The position numbers were made by a program, and so were the translations under genes. Source: Gnetum montanum (taxonomy: Eukaryota; Plantae; Gnetophyta). Taken from it: a stretch of DNA of 64,000 bases. Shown one piece after another: positions 63,057 through 64,000 of this stretch. The stretch spans positions 1,805,612 to 1,869,611 of the forward strand of contig MNCI01001065.1 in the NCBI GenBank assembly GCA_015680685.1. Reading direction: 5' to 3'. The notes below the pieces were generated by a model, which worked only from the letters and a program-made list of their open reading frames with translations, was not told where the DNA came from and did not search any database. Position 1 is the stretch's first letter. Every line of letters begins with the position of its first letter.

Positions 63057-64000
63057 TGTTAGTTATTTTCTAGATTTCTTGTTCCTTATTTAGTAAATTT
63101 CCTATTGTAATTTTTTCTTATAACTTGTTGTAATTGGTGATTCAAGATGAATGAGAGAGTGAGAGAATTATTTTTTGAATATTTTCTTCTCTCCTTCCTA
63201 TTCATGGTATCAAAGGTATCAAAGCTAGTTCTTTCACTGGTGTGAGAACTCAATTAGCAAACCAAAATGGTGACCACGACACCTGAATTCTCTATAGCAA
63301 AATCCTCCTTGATTCTAATTGTCTCAACTCCATCCTTATCCCTGTCCTCCTCTTAAAACCCAAAATCATTCTCTTCAAATCATCATACTTCGACTAAACA
63401 AAAATAATTTCCATAAATGGTATCAATCAATCCTACTCATGATCAAATGGAGGGGCAAAATGAGCTACTAATAGGAGTAACTACCATGGCTAAAAAAAGT
63501 TTTGTCATGTACAACAAATGGGAGGCAAAAAAAACTCAACAGTGATGGCTTGGTTAATCAATTCAATGGAGCCTCAAATCAAAAAGTTGTATCTATTTTA
63601 TTAAATAGCCAAGGAGATTTGGGATACTATAAAAGAGATGTATTCAAACCTTGAAAACATCTCACAAAGCTTCAAAGTTTGATCTACCATCTGCAATACT
63701 TGGCAAGGTAACTCATCAGTCACTAAATATTTCAATACTCTCTCAAAACTATGACAAGAAATTGATGTATTCCACAATGTGACTTGGAAATCTCCTAATG
63801 ATGCAATCATATATAACAAAATGGTGAAAAGAAAGTGGATTTTTGATTTTTTGTAGGGCCTTAACAAAGTACGTGGTGCTAAACCACTCTCCTCCTTAAA
63901 GGAAGTTTTTGTAGAAGTGAGGAGGGAAAAAAGTAGAAAGAAAGTGATGATGCACTCTCAAAATCCATCCATTGAAGCTGTGTTTGATGGTTCGACTCTA
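63057..64000 (+). mobile_element. 5' end of a Ty1/copia element: short LTR ending at 63204 (start uncertain), tRNA-iMet PBS, degenerate gag
   Basis: ...ATTCA|TGGTATCAAAG; gag HSLQIIILRLNKNNFHKWYQSI...NSTVMAWLINSMEPQI...AKEIWDTIKEMYS...QGNSSVTKYFNTL. Confidence 0.85.

Overview
This is a land-plant nuclear window with assembly gaps, made up almost entirely of nested, decayed retrotransposons. I found no intact host gene. It holds two related Tat-lineage Ty3/gypsy elements. Element A (6147-22286, +) has both LTRs and a CTAAT target-site duplication (TSD) and is inserted in the 3' region of element B (~5061-37261, -). It also holds five or six Athila-like elements or fragments with tRNA-Asp primer-binding sites (PBS), including a complete gag-protease-only copy at 48104-55501 with a TAAAG TSD. 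The right part has two LINE relics, a tandem-Agenet pseudo-exon and the 5' end of a Ty1/copia element. The main result: in both Tat elements gag-protease and RT-RH-aRH-INT are separated by about 5 kb, and that spacer holds an 8-exon gene on the opposite strand whose splice sites and phases are conserved wherever both copies are visible. The reconstructed protein of about 1,090 aa appears to join an FCP1/NIF-type HAD phosphatase-like domain with degenerate catalytic motifs, a plant-mobile-domain-like region, a coiled coil and an acidic tail. Domain names come from motif recognition by eye and need HMM or structure confirmation.
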